A stretch of 64,000 nt of DNA, taken from a virus. The notes below the pieces were generated by a model. It was not told the origin of the DNA and did no database searches. It saw only the letters and a program-made list of their open reading frames with translations. Within the stretch, counting starts at the first letter, position 1; the number at the start of each line of letters is the position of its first letter. Shown piece by piece: positions 27,709 to 38,071 of the stretch. The stretch lies in the IMG/VR virus record IMGVR_UViG_3300021387_001054; one strand, written 5' to 3'. The position numbers were made by a program, and so were the translations under genes.

Positions 27709-29997
27709 ATGGATGATAAATTACAAGTCAAAGTAGGCGTTGCCCTAGACCCTGCAAGCAAGCAGAAAGTATTAAGTGAACTTAAAACTCTAAAACCTAA
27801 AAACAAAATTAAAGTTCTTGTTGACGCTGATACTAAACCTGCGTCAAAAAAAATTCAGAAACTCATTAACAAATACGCCAAAAAGAAACTTACACTTAAT
27901 GTTGATGCAAAAATTGGTGGAACGAATACTTCTAGGAGTTCGGCTGCTCTCAATAAGGTGCTTGTAGGACAAGCGCAACAAACAAAAAAGAAACTTGAAA
28001 AAACTTTTCAAGGGGTTAAATTTAATACATCATTCACTGATATTGGTGCAGAACGCAAACGCCTTGAACAAAAATTACAAGCAGCGGGTAAATCAGCCAA
28101 GGTTGGTGCCGGTTATAATGTCAAGAGAGACACTGATGGTAATATTACTCGTTTTGCTTTTGGTATTAAAAATGTAGGCGCTGAAGCTGAGTCGTCTCAG
28201 AAATCGGTTGCAAAATTATTTTATACCCTTAAAGAAATAGACGGACAAAAGATGTTCGTTTTAGACAGCAGTTCATTAGGTTCTCTCCCTACTTTTACGA
28301 AACAAATTGATAACTATGAACAAAAACTCAAAAACCTAAAAGCATTGTGGGGAAAGGAAGGAACTCTTTCTTCTACTCTTCCAGGTGGGCTACAACAAAC
28401 TGCTATTAGTGAGTTAAGTCAATTAGAAAGCATATTACAAAAGGTTCGTGGGCAAGCAGTTGTTACGGGCGAAGATGTGGCGCGTGTTGGGGCTGCGTTT
28501 ACGAGGTTTGATAAACAACCCGCTTTGTGGAAAAAACAGTTGACCCCAGATTCAAAATCACGGATGTCATTAGAGCAGTACAATAAACAGATAGATACTC
28601 TCTATAACAAAATGCGTCGCTTTCAAGCAGATAATCCTAAAACAAAACAAATGAGTGGGTTTTCTGGCCTATTACAAGAATTAGGTCAATTAGATCGAAA
28701 CAAGGTTGACGTCAATGGGTTAAATGACCTTAAAAGTAGATATGAAGGATTAGTTACTTCTGCTCACGAAATGGGCTTTGCTGGACAATCCGCTTTTAGT
28801 GCTTTAATAGGCAAAGCTAAAGAACTTGGTCTTTATTTAAGTACCAGTGTCATGTTTACCCATGTTATAGATGGGTTTAAGATGATGGTATCTAATGTAG
28901 TTGAATTAGATACTGCATTAACAGAACTTAAAAAGACTACGAATGGTTCACAACAGGATTATGCAAACTTCATTCAAGGAGCTGCAAATACCGCACAAGC
29001 TGTTGGTGCCAAAATCTCTGATGTTGTACAATCTGCGGCTGAATGGTCACGTTCTGGTTATGGACTACAAGAATCAGGTGACTTAGCGAAGGCAGCCAAC
29101 ATGTACATGAATGTCTCGGAGTATGACAATATCACTGATGCAACCCAATCTATGATTTCTTCTATGAAAGCATATGGTTATGAAGCATCGAATGTTATGA
29201 CTCTGTTAGACAAGTTCAATGCTGTCGGCAATACTACTGCAACCAGTTCGAGCGGTTTAGGCGATGCTTTACTGCGAAGCGCAAGCGCATTAGCAACAGC
29301 AGGAAATACTATTGACCAATCGTTAGGTTTGGTCGTAGCCGCCAACGAAACGGTGCAAAACCCGGAAAAAGTTGGTAACGGATTAAAGACTATTTCTTTG
29401 CGTATTCGCAATACGAAGGGTGAACTTGAAGAACTGGGCGAAGAATCCGATGGTGCAGTAGAGTCTATCACGAAACTGCAAACTCAATTGTTGAATCAAA
29501 CCCATGGCAAGGTTAACATTTTTGATTCTAACGGACAATTTAGATCAACGTATGATATTTTAACCGACCTTTCTCAAGCATGGGGTAGCTTAGATTCGGT
29601 TGAGCAAGCGAATATTACCACCATGCTTGCCGGTGCAACACAAGCCAATACATTGACTGCGATTATGCAGAATATGTCTGTCGGCGCGAAAGCTGTAGAA
29701 ACTTCGTTACATAGTCAAGGCTCTGCGGCAGAAGAAAATGCTCGTTGGATGGATTCTATTCAGGGCAGAATGCAGCAGCTCTCTGCAAGTTTCCAAGAAT
29801 TATCTGCGACTGCGATCAACACTGATTTCGTCAAAGGTTTCATTAGCGGTGGACAATCTATCATTGAAATCTTAAATCAAATCATTTCTACAGCCGGTGT
29901 ACTTAAACCTTTATTAGCAGGGTTTGGCGTCGGCGCATTTATTAAGAACTTTGGTTGGCTCATAAAACATAGAGTCACGCTTATTCCTATTTCATAA
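27709..29997 (+). CDS. Tail tape-measure protein, N-terminal portion (TP901-family core)
   Basis: SMISSMKAYGYEASNVMTLLDKFNAVGNTTATSSSGLGDALLRSASALATAGNTIDQSLGLVVAANETVQNPEKVGNGLKTISLRIRN matches the tape-measure core motif. Has a hydrophobic C-terminal segment. Confidence 0.7.
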   Translation: MDDKLQVKVGVALDPASKQKVLSELKTLKPKNKIKVLVDADTKPASKKIQKLINKYAKKKLTLNVDAKIGGTNTSRSSAALNKVLVGQAQQTKKKLEKTFQGVKFNTSFTDIGAERKRLEQKLQAAGKSAKVGAGYNVKRDTDGNITRFAFGIKNVGAEAESSQKSVAKLFYTLKEIDGQKMFVLDSSSLGSLPTFTKQIDNYEQKLKNLKALWGKEGTLSSTLPGGLQQTAISELSQLESILQKVRGQAVVTGEDVARVGAAFTRFDKQPALWKKQLTPDSKSRMSLEQYNKQIDTLYNKMRRFQADNPKTKQMSGFSGLLQELGQLDRNKVDVNGLNDLKSRYEGLVTSAHEMGFAGQSAFSALIGKAKELGLYLSTSVMFTHVIDGFKMMVSNVVELDTALTELKKTTNGSQQDYANFIQGAANTAQAVGAKISDVVQSAAEWSRSGYGLQESGDLAKAANMYMNVSEYDNITDATQSMISSMKAYGYEASNVMTLLDKFNAVGNTTATSSSGLGDALLRSASALATAGNTIDQSLGLVVAANETVQNPEKVGNGLKTISLRIRNTKGELEELGEESDGAVESITKLQTQLLNQTHGKVNIFDSNGQFRSTYDILTDLSQAWGSLDSVEQANITTMLAGATQANTLTAIMQNMSVGAKAVETSLHSQGSAAEENARWMDSIQGRMQQLSASFQELSATAINTDFVKGFISGGQSIIEILNQIISTAGVLKPLLAGFGVGAFIKNFGWLIKHRVTLIPIS

Positions 29998-30417
29998 GCG
30001 GCCTACTTTATAGTAAGGATGCAACGAATATGGTGTTGCTACAAGCTATATTAACATAGGGGTTCTAAAATACCTAGAGGAGTATTGGCGGTCTGCAATT
30101 CCGCTATGCTGGAACGGAAAGTGTTATATAACCAAAACGGAATCGGTGACGATAAACGGCAATGGTTTGAAAATATATAATGCAAGAAAATAACGATTTT
30201 ATTTTCATGTCCCAATCAGCAGGACACGCTTCTGATATCATTTTATGATAGTGAAGGATATACTGGTAATACAGAGTAATCTTCTTAACAGAGTGCATCT
30301 TCATCGACTACCCATCCTCCCTGCTATTCAGACCTTATATGAATAACAGGTAAAGTATAGTCAAAAATGTGCCCATAATATTTGATGGATTGTTATGGGT
30401 TAATATAATTGCAAAAT

Positions 30418-30446
30418 AAAGAAGCGACAAACTGCCGCTTCTTTTT
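30418..30446 (-). terminator. Bidirectional stem-loop terminator (gaagcg...cgcttc with flanking A and T runs) downstream of the antisense moron
   Basis: aaagaagcgacaaactgccgcttctttttt. Confidence 0.6.
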
Positions 30447-30449
30447 TAA

Positions 30450-31145
30450 TTAAAAATCACTATTACAATTATTGCAATGCCACTGTTTGCCAATCTTTGA
30501 ACTAGCAAGTCCTGTCATACCGACAGATACAGCTCGTCCCCCTACCCCGATCTTTTTGCAATTATGCGATCCGCAATATGGACAAGTGACGGTATGCTCT
30601 TGAACTGGAGGGTCGAATTGTTGCATTTCTATAGCATGACGCATTTCACGTTCCATAACTTCTTCCTCGTGTTGTTCGTCTACTATTTTACTTGCGTAAG
30701 AATCGAAGTCAGCCATGATTTCATTATATTTTTTAAGTTCATCCGTGTAAGATTGCCCCATAAATAAAACCGGGAATGTTGTAATAAACCAAAAAATCAA
30801 AATAAATATTCCAAAAATCCACCAATCAAGGTCGTATGGATCTACAAAAGTCCAAATTGCCGCGCCAAGCAATGGTGATAATAGGATAGCATATTTGAAT
30901 TTATCTAGTATTGTCCATTTAACTGGTTCTTTTGGTTTTGGGACTTGCTTGATAAGTTGTTCTCGTTTTTTCTCCCATTCCAAATCTTCTTGTCTGCATT
31001 GTTCTTCAAACCTCTTTTGCTTTTGCTCTTGTTCATCTTCAAGTTGTTTGCGATAGGTTTGAATGTCGTATCCGCAATTCGGACAAATTAAAGCACTGCT
31101 TGATACGTCTTCTTTGCCACATTCCGGGCATTTAATTAGTGCCAT
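30450..31145 (-). CDS. Double zinc-ribbon membrane protein (N-terminal CPECG..CPNCG, coiled coil, 2 TM helices, C-terminal CPYCG..CNNCN); moron in the tape-measure region
   Basis: Opposite strand to every flanking late gene. Has its own terminator and RBS (aggagggatgatatATG on the minus strand). Confidence 0.55.
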   Translation of the reverse strand: MALIKCPECGKEDVSSSALICPNCGYDIQTYRKQLEDEQEQKQKRFEEQCRQEDLEWEKKREQLIKQVPKPKEPVKWTILDKFKYAILLSPLLGAAIWTFVDPYDLDWWIFGIFILIFWFITTFPVLFMGQSYTDELKKYNEIMADFDSYASKIVDEQHEEEVMEREMRHAIEMQQFDPPVQEHTVTCPYCGSHNCKKIGVGGRAVSVGMTGLASSKIGKQWHCNNCNSDF

Positions 31146-34100
31146 ATATCATCCCTCCTTACAAAAATTATATCACATTTTGCAGTTAAAAGAAATAGGA
31201 AATATTTTTAAGGCACTACAAAATGGTAAGAATTTTGGTGATATCAAAGATTCTTTAGATGGGCTGACGAAGTTCGGACGAGCAGTTACAGGAAAAGGAT
31301 TAGCGCGGTTACATGCAAAAGGTGCTATTGATGATTCTACATGGAAGGCTGCGCGCAATAGATTAGGTTTAGACGCAAGCGATGCTGCTAATGCGGCTAG
31401 TTTAATAGACACTGTTTCTGGAAAAGTTAATTCTCTAAAAACTGCATTGTCTGGATTAAAACAAATTGGCAGCAATGGGCTGTCCACAATCGCATCTGGA
31501 TTACAGCAAATTATTTCAGCAGGAGAAGGTGCTACCAACATCTTCCAAGGCGTTTGGGCTATGCTAAAACAAGGTGGAACCATGTTTATGGGTTCGTCGT
31601 TGCCGATAGTTGCTATGATTGCTGCCGCGACGGTTGCACTAAAAAAAGCATACGACGCAGCGCATGAATACGAAAACGCTCACCAAAAAGCTGTCGATTC
31701 ACAATCTTCATATGATAGTACGATCAGCGAGATAGATACACTTAATTCTAAATTAGATACTACTAAGCAACGGCTGAATGAACTGCGGACTATGCGCAGC
31801 AACGGTACTATCAGTGTAACAGACAAAGCAGAGTTGGATCGGTTAGAACGTGAAAACACTGAACTGGAAACTAGACAAAAGTTATTAGAAGGCGAAGCAA
31901 AACGACAACAGCGAACCGCTTCTATTGATGCTGTAGGCGCACTCAAAGCTAAAGAGCAGTCTCAGTACATGAAAGAACATGGGTATGAGACAGAAGAAGC
32001 AGTTAACTATACAGATAAAATTACTGCTGTTCGGCAAGACCTGCAATATCTCGATCAATTATATCGTAACCGTTCTGATTTAGAACAGCGACTCATCTCC
32101 GCATATAATAGTGGAGACACAAAAACTCAAGATAATCTTAAAAGCCAACTCAACGACAATGAGGCAGAAATCGAAAAGTATCATGAAACTTTATCGAAGA
32201 CTATGCCTGAGATCGAAAAGTATAGAGATACTTTACAACAGGATACGAATTTAGGTTCTATTGCAGGTGGAGAACAAGCCCTTACTGCTGCTTCTCAGTT
32301 AATGAATATGTGGCAAAATATTGGCACATCTCAAAGCGCAGCCGAAAAGACCTTATCTCAACTGAATACATTCTTTGATGGTAGTTCTAACAACACCGCC
32401 ATCAAAGACCAGATTATTGAGATGATGGATGCAGCAACCCCCGCTTCTGATGCTTTACATATGCTGGGCTTATCTTTGCAAGATTTAGGCGTTGAAGCTA
32501 CGCCTGAAAACCTTGCTGCTTTTAATAAGTATTTTGGTGAGTTAAAACAGCAAGCAGAGGATGCTGCGACTTCTGTCAAAACGCTTCAAGACGAAGTAGA
32601 TGGCACTATGTCTGGCATTGCAACAGCGATGGAGTCTCAAAATGCTGGAGCAAACTACGAACAGCTTGACCAATATTTAACTAAAGCAAAATCTTTATAT
32701 GATAGCGGATTAGTTGGTACTGATGATTTTAAGACTGTCGCTAAGATGATCTCTACAGGTGGCGCAGATATTGAAAAAGCTGTTCAAGATTTTTCTACTA
32801 ACTACGCAAACCTTCAGAAATATTTTACTAAAGATAGTAGTGGCAATTTCACTCGCACCGGTATTGACAAGTTTGTTTCTGACTTAGAAGCAACTGGGAA
32901 AACCTTCCATTCTACCGCAGAGGCCGCTGATGCACTCGGCATTTCAGCGGGAGCTTTTGAAGTTATTTTAGGCAGATTAGGAGATTATGACATCAAAAAG
33001 TATGGGGACAATGCTTTTGATGGCATGGTCAAATCTGCGGCAGCTTTTGAACAGGCCAAAGAAAATCTGTCACAATTACAGACTTTGTATGATAATATGG
33101 ATGAGGGCGGTCGCAAAGACGCTCTTGGCGATAAATTATCTAATTGGGAATCTCAAATTGACAAAGCGCAAACCGATCTGGAATCATTAGATACGGACAT
33201 TGTTTTGCAAATGAAATTAGAATATGATTTAGACTCTTTGCGAAACGAGATCGACGAAGCGCGTAGCGTGGCTCAAGCTGGTGGCGACGCTACAACTTGG
33301 GCTACTGCCATTAGCAAGCAACAGAAATATACTCAGGTTTCAGAACATGCCATGGGTATTGACCGTGAAGGCATTGAATTGCCTGTTAGTTATAAGATCG
33401 CAAAAGAATCATTTGCAGATTTACAAAGCCAGTTGAAAGAAGCTGTAGATAATGGCGATACTGAACTAATTGCTAAATTGCAACCTCAAGTTGAAAATGC
33501 TGGCGAGTTAGTTAACAGTTTAGACGACGCAATTCGAGAAAGCAAACCCGAACTCTCCCCCACGCTGGACGTCAGCGAAGCTAATAAACAACTTAGTGAC
33601 TGGGAAGCACAAAGTCGCAACACAAAGTTAGTCAAAGAGGCTTATATCAACTACATAACTGGTGGACAAGAAGCTCCCGAAGAAATGGATGCTTTGATGG
33701 ATTATATCTTGGCACATCAAGATAATCCGGAAGATACGCAGGCAATGCTTGATTACATTAAAAGTCATCAAGACAACCCTGATGATATGCAAGCAATGCT
33801 TGATTACTTATTAAAGCATCAAGACGATCCAAACCCAATGAAAGCAGCATTGGATTACTGGAAACGAACTCAAGAAGGAGCGACACAATCAAATACTAAG
33901 GTTAACTATAGACGAGGATCGCAGGAAGGCCCCGCACCAAAAACAGCTTTTGTACATTATATTGCATCGGGAGTTGCGGGTGCGGTTAGACGAGCTAAAG
34001 ACTGGGTATCTCAACACGCACCTCACGCCCAAGGCACAGCTCATGCTTTTGGTTCTTGGGGTTTGCATAAAAACCAAACTTCTCTCATCAATGAGTTAGG

Positions 34101-36408
34101 CGAAGAAATCATTGTTCGTAATGGTAAATGGTTTACTCTCAATAATGGCTATCCTACTTTTGCAAAACTCCGGCGCGGTGACATAATTTTCAATCATAAA
34201 CAAACAGAAGAATTGTTGAAGAATGGTTATGTCACCAATTCTCATGCTCGTATATTTGGTGCGGCTCGTGCAGCAGGAACAGTCAGCGGTACTGCATTTG
34301 CAACTGGAACGAAAAAATCTAAATCATCTAAGAATACATCTTCTGATAAAACAACAATTGATTGGCTTGAAATTCTGCTTGACCGCGCAGAACGTGCCGT
34401 TAAAAAACTGACTGATAAAGTTGGAAACACTTTTGCAAAGTACACATATCGTTTACAAGATGTTGCAAAAGCAATTACATCTACTCAGTCTGAAATCGCC
34501 AAACAACGCAAGGCGCAAGCTGCTTATCAGAAAAAAGCAAATGCTGTAAAACTTTCTGCTGGCTTAAAAAAGCAAGTGCGCGAAGGTGCATACTATATTT
34601 ATGATTATGATGAGAAAACCCAAAAACTCATTAACGATTATAAAGAGTGGTATGAAAAGAGTTTAGACGCCAAGGATGCTATTGATGAATTAACTGAATC
34701 GTTAGGCGAGTTAGCGCAGAAGGCGTTTGACATTGTATCAAAAGAGTATGCGAATGAGTTTGATACATTAGAAAACCATGGAAAGTTGATTAGTGGCGCG
34801 GCAGACCTTGCAGAAGCAAGAGGGTACTTTGTTAATAGCGGCACGTATACCGATCTTATTGGTATGGAACAACGCAAACGCGATAAAGGCATTAAACAAT
34901 ACAATGACTTAAAAGCACAACTTGATAAAGCTGTAAAATCCGGCGCGGTCGCAAAATTTTCCGAAGAATGGTGGGCGATGTCGAACGAGGTTCGTGAAGC
35001 CTCTATTGCAATTCAAGAGTGCGATGTAAGCATTGCAGAGTTCCAGCAAAAGATCAATGAGTTGAACTGGGAGAAGTTTGATTATCTGCAAGATACAATT
35101 AGTAAAGTAATTGACGAATCTAATTTCTTAATTGATTTATTGGAAGATTCGGATTTATTTACTGATTCGGGTCAGCCTACATCTGAAGGCTGGGCAACGA
35201 TTGGATTGCACAGTTCTAACATTAAAGTGTATCAAGATCAAGTTAAGCAATACGCCAAAGCTATTCAAGATGTAGACAAACAACTCGCCAACGATCCGTA
35301 TAATAAAGAACTGATTTCTCGCAGAACTGACTTATACGAAGCGCAACAAAAAGCTATTCTAGCAGCCAAAGATGAAAAGAAGGCTATTTCTGATTTAATC
35401 GAAGATGGTATTGATAAGCAAGTCGATCATATTAAAACTCTGATTGATACTTATACAGATGCTTTAGATGAAGCAAAGAGTTTATATGATTATCAGCGGA
35501 AGGTCACTGACCATACCAAAGAAATTGCTGCTATTCGTAAACAAATTGCGGCTTATAGCGGCGATGAATCTGATGAATCCAAAGCACGTATTCAGAAATT
35601 ACAAGTTGACTTAGAAAATGCAGAGAACGATCTTAAAGATACTGAGTATGATAAATATGTATCTGACACGAAGAAATTATTAGACAATTTCTATACACAG
35701 TACAAAGAAGATATGGAACGCCGTGCCGAACATTCTGATTCGTTGGTAGATGAATTGATTGGACAAGTAGACAGTCATTCCACAGAAATCAATGATGTTA
35801 TTCGGACTACAGCAAAAGATGTTGGTTATACGTTATCTTCTTCTATGAGCACACTAATCAGTGACACAAATGGTGGATTAACAAATATTACATCTATGTT
35901 GCAAACCATTAGTGACTACATAAAAGAGATGGCTGATGTTGCGGGTAAAACAGAGTTAAATAAAAACGGAGATCCTGTTGTGAACAGCAATGGCGAAGTT
36001 CAGTATGTAAAACCCAAAAAATGGGTATCTCGAACCAGTATCACGACAGGAGATCCTTCTAAGAGAGTAATTTCTGCTGACAGTAATGGCGCATCTATGC
36101 TCTCAACGATGAGTAATTTGCGTCCTATAACTCATCGTACCATTGGCGTTAAACCAACAATGTACCGCAATGGCAATAGTTTATTAAGTATGCCTGCCGT
36201 CGGATATGACACTAATAGCACAGGTGGCAATATCAATATCGCGGCAACAGCTAATGTAAGTATCGACCATGTATCTGACTACAATGATTTTGTAACGCAG
36301 TTACAGCACGACAAACAATTTGAATCTATGATTCAGTCCATGTCTGTTGATCGTCTTGTCGGCAAAACGTCTTTAGCCAAGAATAAATATAATTGGAGAA
36401 ATAATTAG
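31063..36408 (+). CDS. Tail tape-measure protein, C-terminal portion (start uncertain)
   Basis: Long coiled-coil protein with tandem about 16-aa repeats (AMLDYIKSHQDNPDD, x3-4 at about 33690-33870). The first 27 codons of the listed ORF overlap the antisense gene and are probably not coding. The first in-frame ATGs with a Shine-Dalgarno sequence are 31561/31582 (aaggtgg-N4-ATG), but TMP-like coding continues upstream to about 31195. Confidence 0.55.
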   Translation: MSYPQFGQIKALLDTSSLPHSGHLISAIYHPSLQKLYHILQLKEIGNIFKALQNGKNFGDIKDSLDGLTKFGRAVTGKGLARLHAKGAIDDSTWKAARNRLGLDASDAANAASLIDTVSGKVNSLKTALSGLKQIGSNGLSTIASGLQQIISAGEGATNIFQGVWAMLKQGGTMFMGSSLPIVAMIAAATVALKKAYDAAHEYENAHQKAVDSQSSYDSTISEIDTLNSKLDTTKQRLNELRTMRSNGTISVTDKAELDRLERENTELETRQKLLEGEAKRQQRTASIDAVGALKAKEQSQYMKEHGYETEEAVNYTDKITAVRQDLQYLDQLYRNRSDLEQRLISAYNSGDTKTQDNLKSQLNDNEAEIEKYHETLSKTMPEIEKYRDTLQQDTNLGSIAGGEQALTAASQLMNMWQNIGTSQSAAEKTLSQLNTFFDGSSNNTAIKDQIIEMMDAATPASDALHMLGLSLQDLGVEATPENLAAFNKYFGELKQQAEDAATSVKTLQDEVDGTMSGIATAMESQNAGANYEQLDQYLTKAKSLYDSGLVGTDDFKTVAKMISTGGADIEKAVQDFSTNYANLQKYFTKDSSGNFTRTGIDKFVSDLEATGKTFHSTAEAADALGISAGAFEVILGRLGDYDIKKYGDNAFDGMVKSAAAFEQAKENLSQLQTLYDNMDEGGRKDALGDKLSNWESQIDKAQTDLESLDTDIVLQMKLEYDLDSLRNEIDEARSVAQAGGDATTWATAISKQQKYTQVSEHAMGIDREGIELPVSYKIAKESFADLQSQLKEAVDNGDTELIAKLQPQVENAGELVNSLDDAIRESKPELSPTLDVSEANKQLSDWEAQSRNTKLVKEAYINYITGGQEAPEEMDALMDYILAHQDNPEDTQAMLDYIKSHQDNPDDMQAMLDYLLKHQDDPNPMKAALDYWKRTQEGATQSNTKVNYRRGSQEGPAPKTAFVHYIASGVAGAVRRAKDWVSQHAPHAQGTAHAFGSWGLHKNQTSLINELGEEIIVRNGKWFTLNNGYPTFAKLRRGDIIFNHKQTEELLKNGYVTNSHARIFGAARAAGTVSGTAFATGTKKSKSSKNTSSDKTTIDWLEILLDRAERAVKKLTDKVGNTFAKYTYRLQDVAKAITSTQSEIAKQRKAQAAYQKKANAVKLSAGLKKQVREGAYYIYDYDEKTQKLINDYKEWYEKSLDAKDAIDELTESLGELAQKAFDIVSKEYANEFDTLENHGKLISGAADLAEARGYFVNSGTYTDLIGMEQRKRDKGIKQYNDLKAQLDKAVKSGAVAKFSEEWWAMSNEVREASIAIQECDVSIAEFQQKINELNWEKFDYLQDTISKVIDESNFLIDLLEDSDLFTDSGQPTSEGWATIGLHSSNIKVYQDQVKQYAKAIQDVDKQLANDPYNKELISRRTDLYEAQQKAILAAKDEKKAISDLIEDGIDKQVDHIKTLIDTYTDALDEAKSLYDYQRKVTDHTKEIAAIRKQIAAYSGDESDESKARIQKLQVDLENAENDLKDTEYDKYVSDTKKLLDNFYTQYKEDMERRAEHSDSLVDELIGQVDSHSTEINDVIRTTAKDVGYTLSSSMSTLISDTNGGLTNITSMLQTISDYIKEMADVAGKTELNKNGDPVVNSNGEVQYVKPKKWVSRTSITTGDPSKRVISADSNGASMLSTMSNLRPITHRTIGVKPTMYRNGNSLLSMPAVGYDTNSTGGNINIAATANVSIDHVSDYNDFVTQLQHDKQFESMIQSMSVDRLVGKTSLAKNKYNWRNN

Positions 36409-36411
36409 TTT

Positions 36412-36442
36412 GGGGGGGAGGGTTTGCCCCCCCTCCCATTTT
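36412..36442 (+). terminator. G7/C7 stem-loop followed by ATTTT
   Basis: gggggggagggtttgccccccctcccatttt. Confidence 0.35.
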
Positions 36443-36481
36443 GGCGCATATGTTAACAATAGAAATTGAAAGGATTAAAAA

Positions 36482-36775
36482 ATGAGAATACGTCAAGCGC
36501 GACAACGCCAGTATCTTATTGAATTAGCACAAGAGAATAAAATTCTCTTAAAAGAAAACGAGCGGTTGCGTACTCAATTAGAAGAGCAAGAAGAAATAAC
36601 TGCTCAAATTGTAAATAAATATGAACAAGATCATAAAGAACACCAAGAGCAATTGGAACGATTAAGAAAAATAGAAATTGAGTATCAAGATTTAATGCGA
36701 CAAGCAAGAAAAACTCAACATGATTATTCTAGCGATATGCAATTTTTGCTAAAGCAGTTGAATATAATAACTTGA
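36482..36775 (+). CDS. Small coiled-coil protein (97 aa)
   Basis: Heptad-rich Q/E/L sequence. Confidence 0.4.
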   Translation: MRIRQARQRQYLIELAQENKILLKENERLRTQLEEQEEITAQIVNKYEQDHKEHQEQLERLRKIEIEYQDLMRQARKTQHDYSSDMQFLLKQLNIIT

Positions 36776-38065
36776 TTGGAGGTGTTGCAAATGTATATCC
36801 GTGACTTTGAATATGACGGACAAAGGCTGAGTGATTTTGGTTTTATTGTAGGCAATGTTGATGGTAACGCAGGAACAGAATCAATCAATCCTGGCTATGA
36901 TTTAACATTTAACACAGTAAGCACACGGTACGGTCAACGGTGGCTATCGGCGGGGACGCAATATGATGAATGTTTGCAATCATCCATTCAAATTTGCAAA
37001 GACCCATGTTGTGCAGATGGGTTAGCTATTACTTCTACAGAATATCGCAATCTTGTACGATGGCTCAATCGTAAACAATTTTTACCGTTTCGTGCTATAA
37101 ATACTAGCAATAATTTATTGATGGACGTTTACGCACCGAGCCTAAAAAAAGTTAATGCCCCTGCGGATCGTTACCTATCAGATGCCGCCAATATAAATAC
37201 AACCGGTGCTTTTGTAGGAGTATTCGACCTCCCCGATCCAAAGGCGAATTATGTATACCGCATTACTTCGACAGATGGTCAACGACGCATGTTATGCTGG
37301 TACGCTGGCACACACCCCCCGCTGCACGTTGGTTTAACTTATCGTATGTCGTGTTATGCAAAAGCGAATTCTGGAAACCCTAATTTGCGTTTATTTGTAA
37401 ATGCAGTAGCCAGCCAGTTTTTTGAATTAACATCTGAATGGAAACGCTACGAGTATGTATTCACCGTTCCGGTCTACGACGGCACCCCCCCCGATCAATA
37501 TATGCGTGTATATTTTGGGCTAGGCGAATCGTCTGGCGCATGTGAGCTTGATATGTGTGGGTTTCGACTTGAACAAGTATCAGATATTTTATGGTGCGAT
37601 GCTAGTTTTAATATGACTAAGACTATGGTTGATGGGCGTTGTTATGGCGTTGAATTGACAATGCAAACAAATCGACCGTTTTGTTATGGTGATACCATCT
37701 CCCAAACGCTAACTTTTGATGAAGTTAATGCAACGGCTACCATAGATAACCAGTCTGATGAGTTTGGATATATGTATCCGACTGTAGTAATTACATGCAA
37801 GCAGGCCGGAGATTTAACTTTAACAAATACTTTTGCTGATTGTACGACTGTCATTAAAGGATGTTCGTCTGGCGAAAAAATTACTATGTCCGGCGATACG
37901 CAAATTATTACTACATCAAAATCTAGTCATAAACTCTCAAAAAATTTTAACTTTGAATTTTTGAGATTGAATCGTTCTTATGAACAATCAGACAATATTA
38001 TATCAGCCTCTCTCCCCTGCACAGTGAAAATTACATATAATCCAATTATAAAAGATGTATGGTGA
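36776..38065 (+). CDS. Distal tail protein (Dit) with an inserted carbohydrate-binding-like module
   Basis: Position between the tape-measure protein and Tal. The internal about 155-aa module (LLMDVYAPSLKKVNAPADRYLSD...CGFRLEQVSD) recurs twice in the 44971 gene. Confidence 0.45.
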   Translation: MEVLQMYIRDFEYDGQRLSDFGFIVGNVDGNAGTESINPGYDLTFNTVSTRYGQRWLSAGTQYDECLQSSIQICKDPCCADGLAITSTEYRNLVRWLNRKQFLPFRAINTSNNLLMDVYAPSLKKVNAPADRYLSDAANINTTGAFVGVFDLPDPKANYVYRITSTDGQRRMLCWYAGTHPPLHVGLTYRMSCYAKANSGNPNLRLFVNAVASQFFELTSEWKRYEYVFTVPVYDGTPPDQYMRVYFGLGESSGACELDMCGFRLEQVSDILWCDASFNMTKTMVDGRCYGVELTMQTNRPFCYGDTISQTLTFDEVNATATIDNQSDEFGYMYPTVVITCKQAGDLTLTNTFADCTTVIKGCSSGEKITMSGDTQIITTSKSSHKLSKNFNFEFLRLNRSYEQSDNIISASLPCTVKITYNPIIKDVW

Positions 38066-38071
38066 TGTGGA

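Noticed and set aside
31063-31194. N-terminal 44 codons of the listed 1781-aa ORF (MSYPQFGQIKALL...)
   Set aside because: Its first 83 nt (31063-31145) overlap the antisense zinc-ribbon gene; the rest lies over that gene's promoter. It is likely read-through of an open frame, not real coding. The true start of the C-terminal tape-measure part lies downstream.
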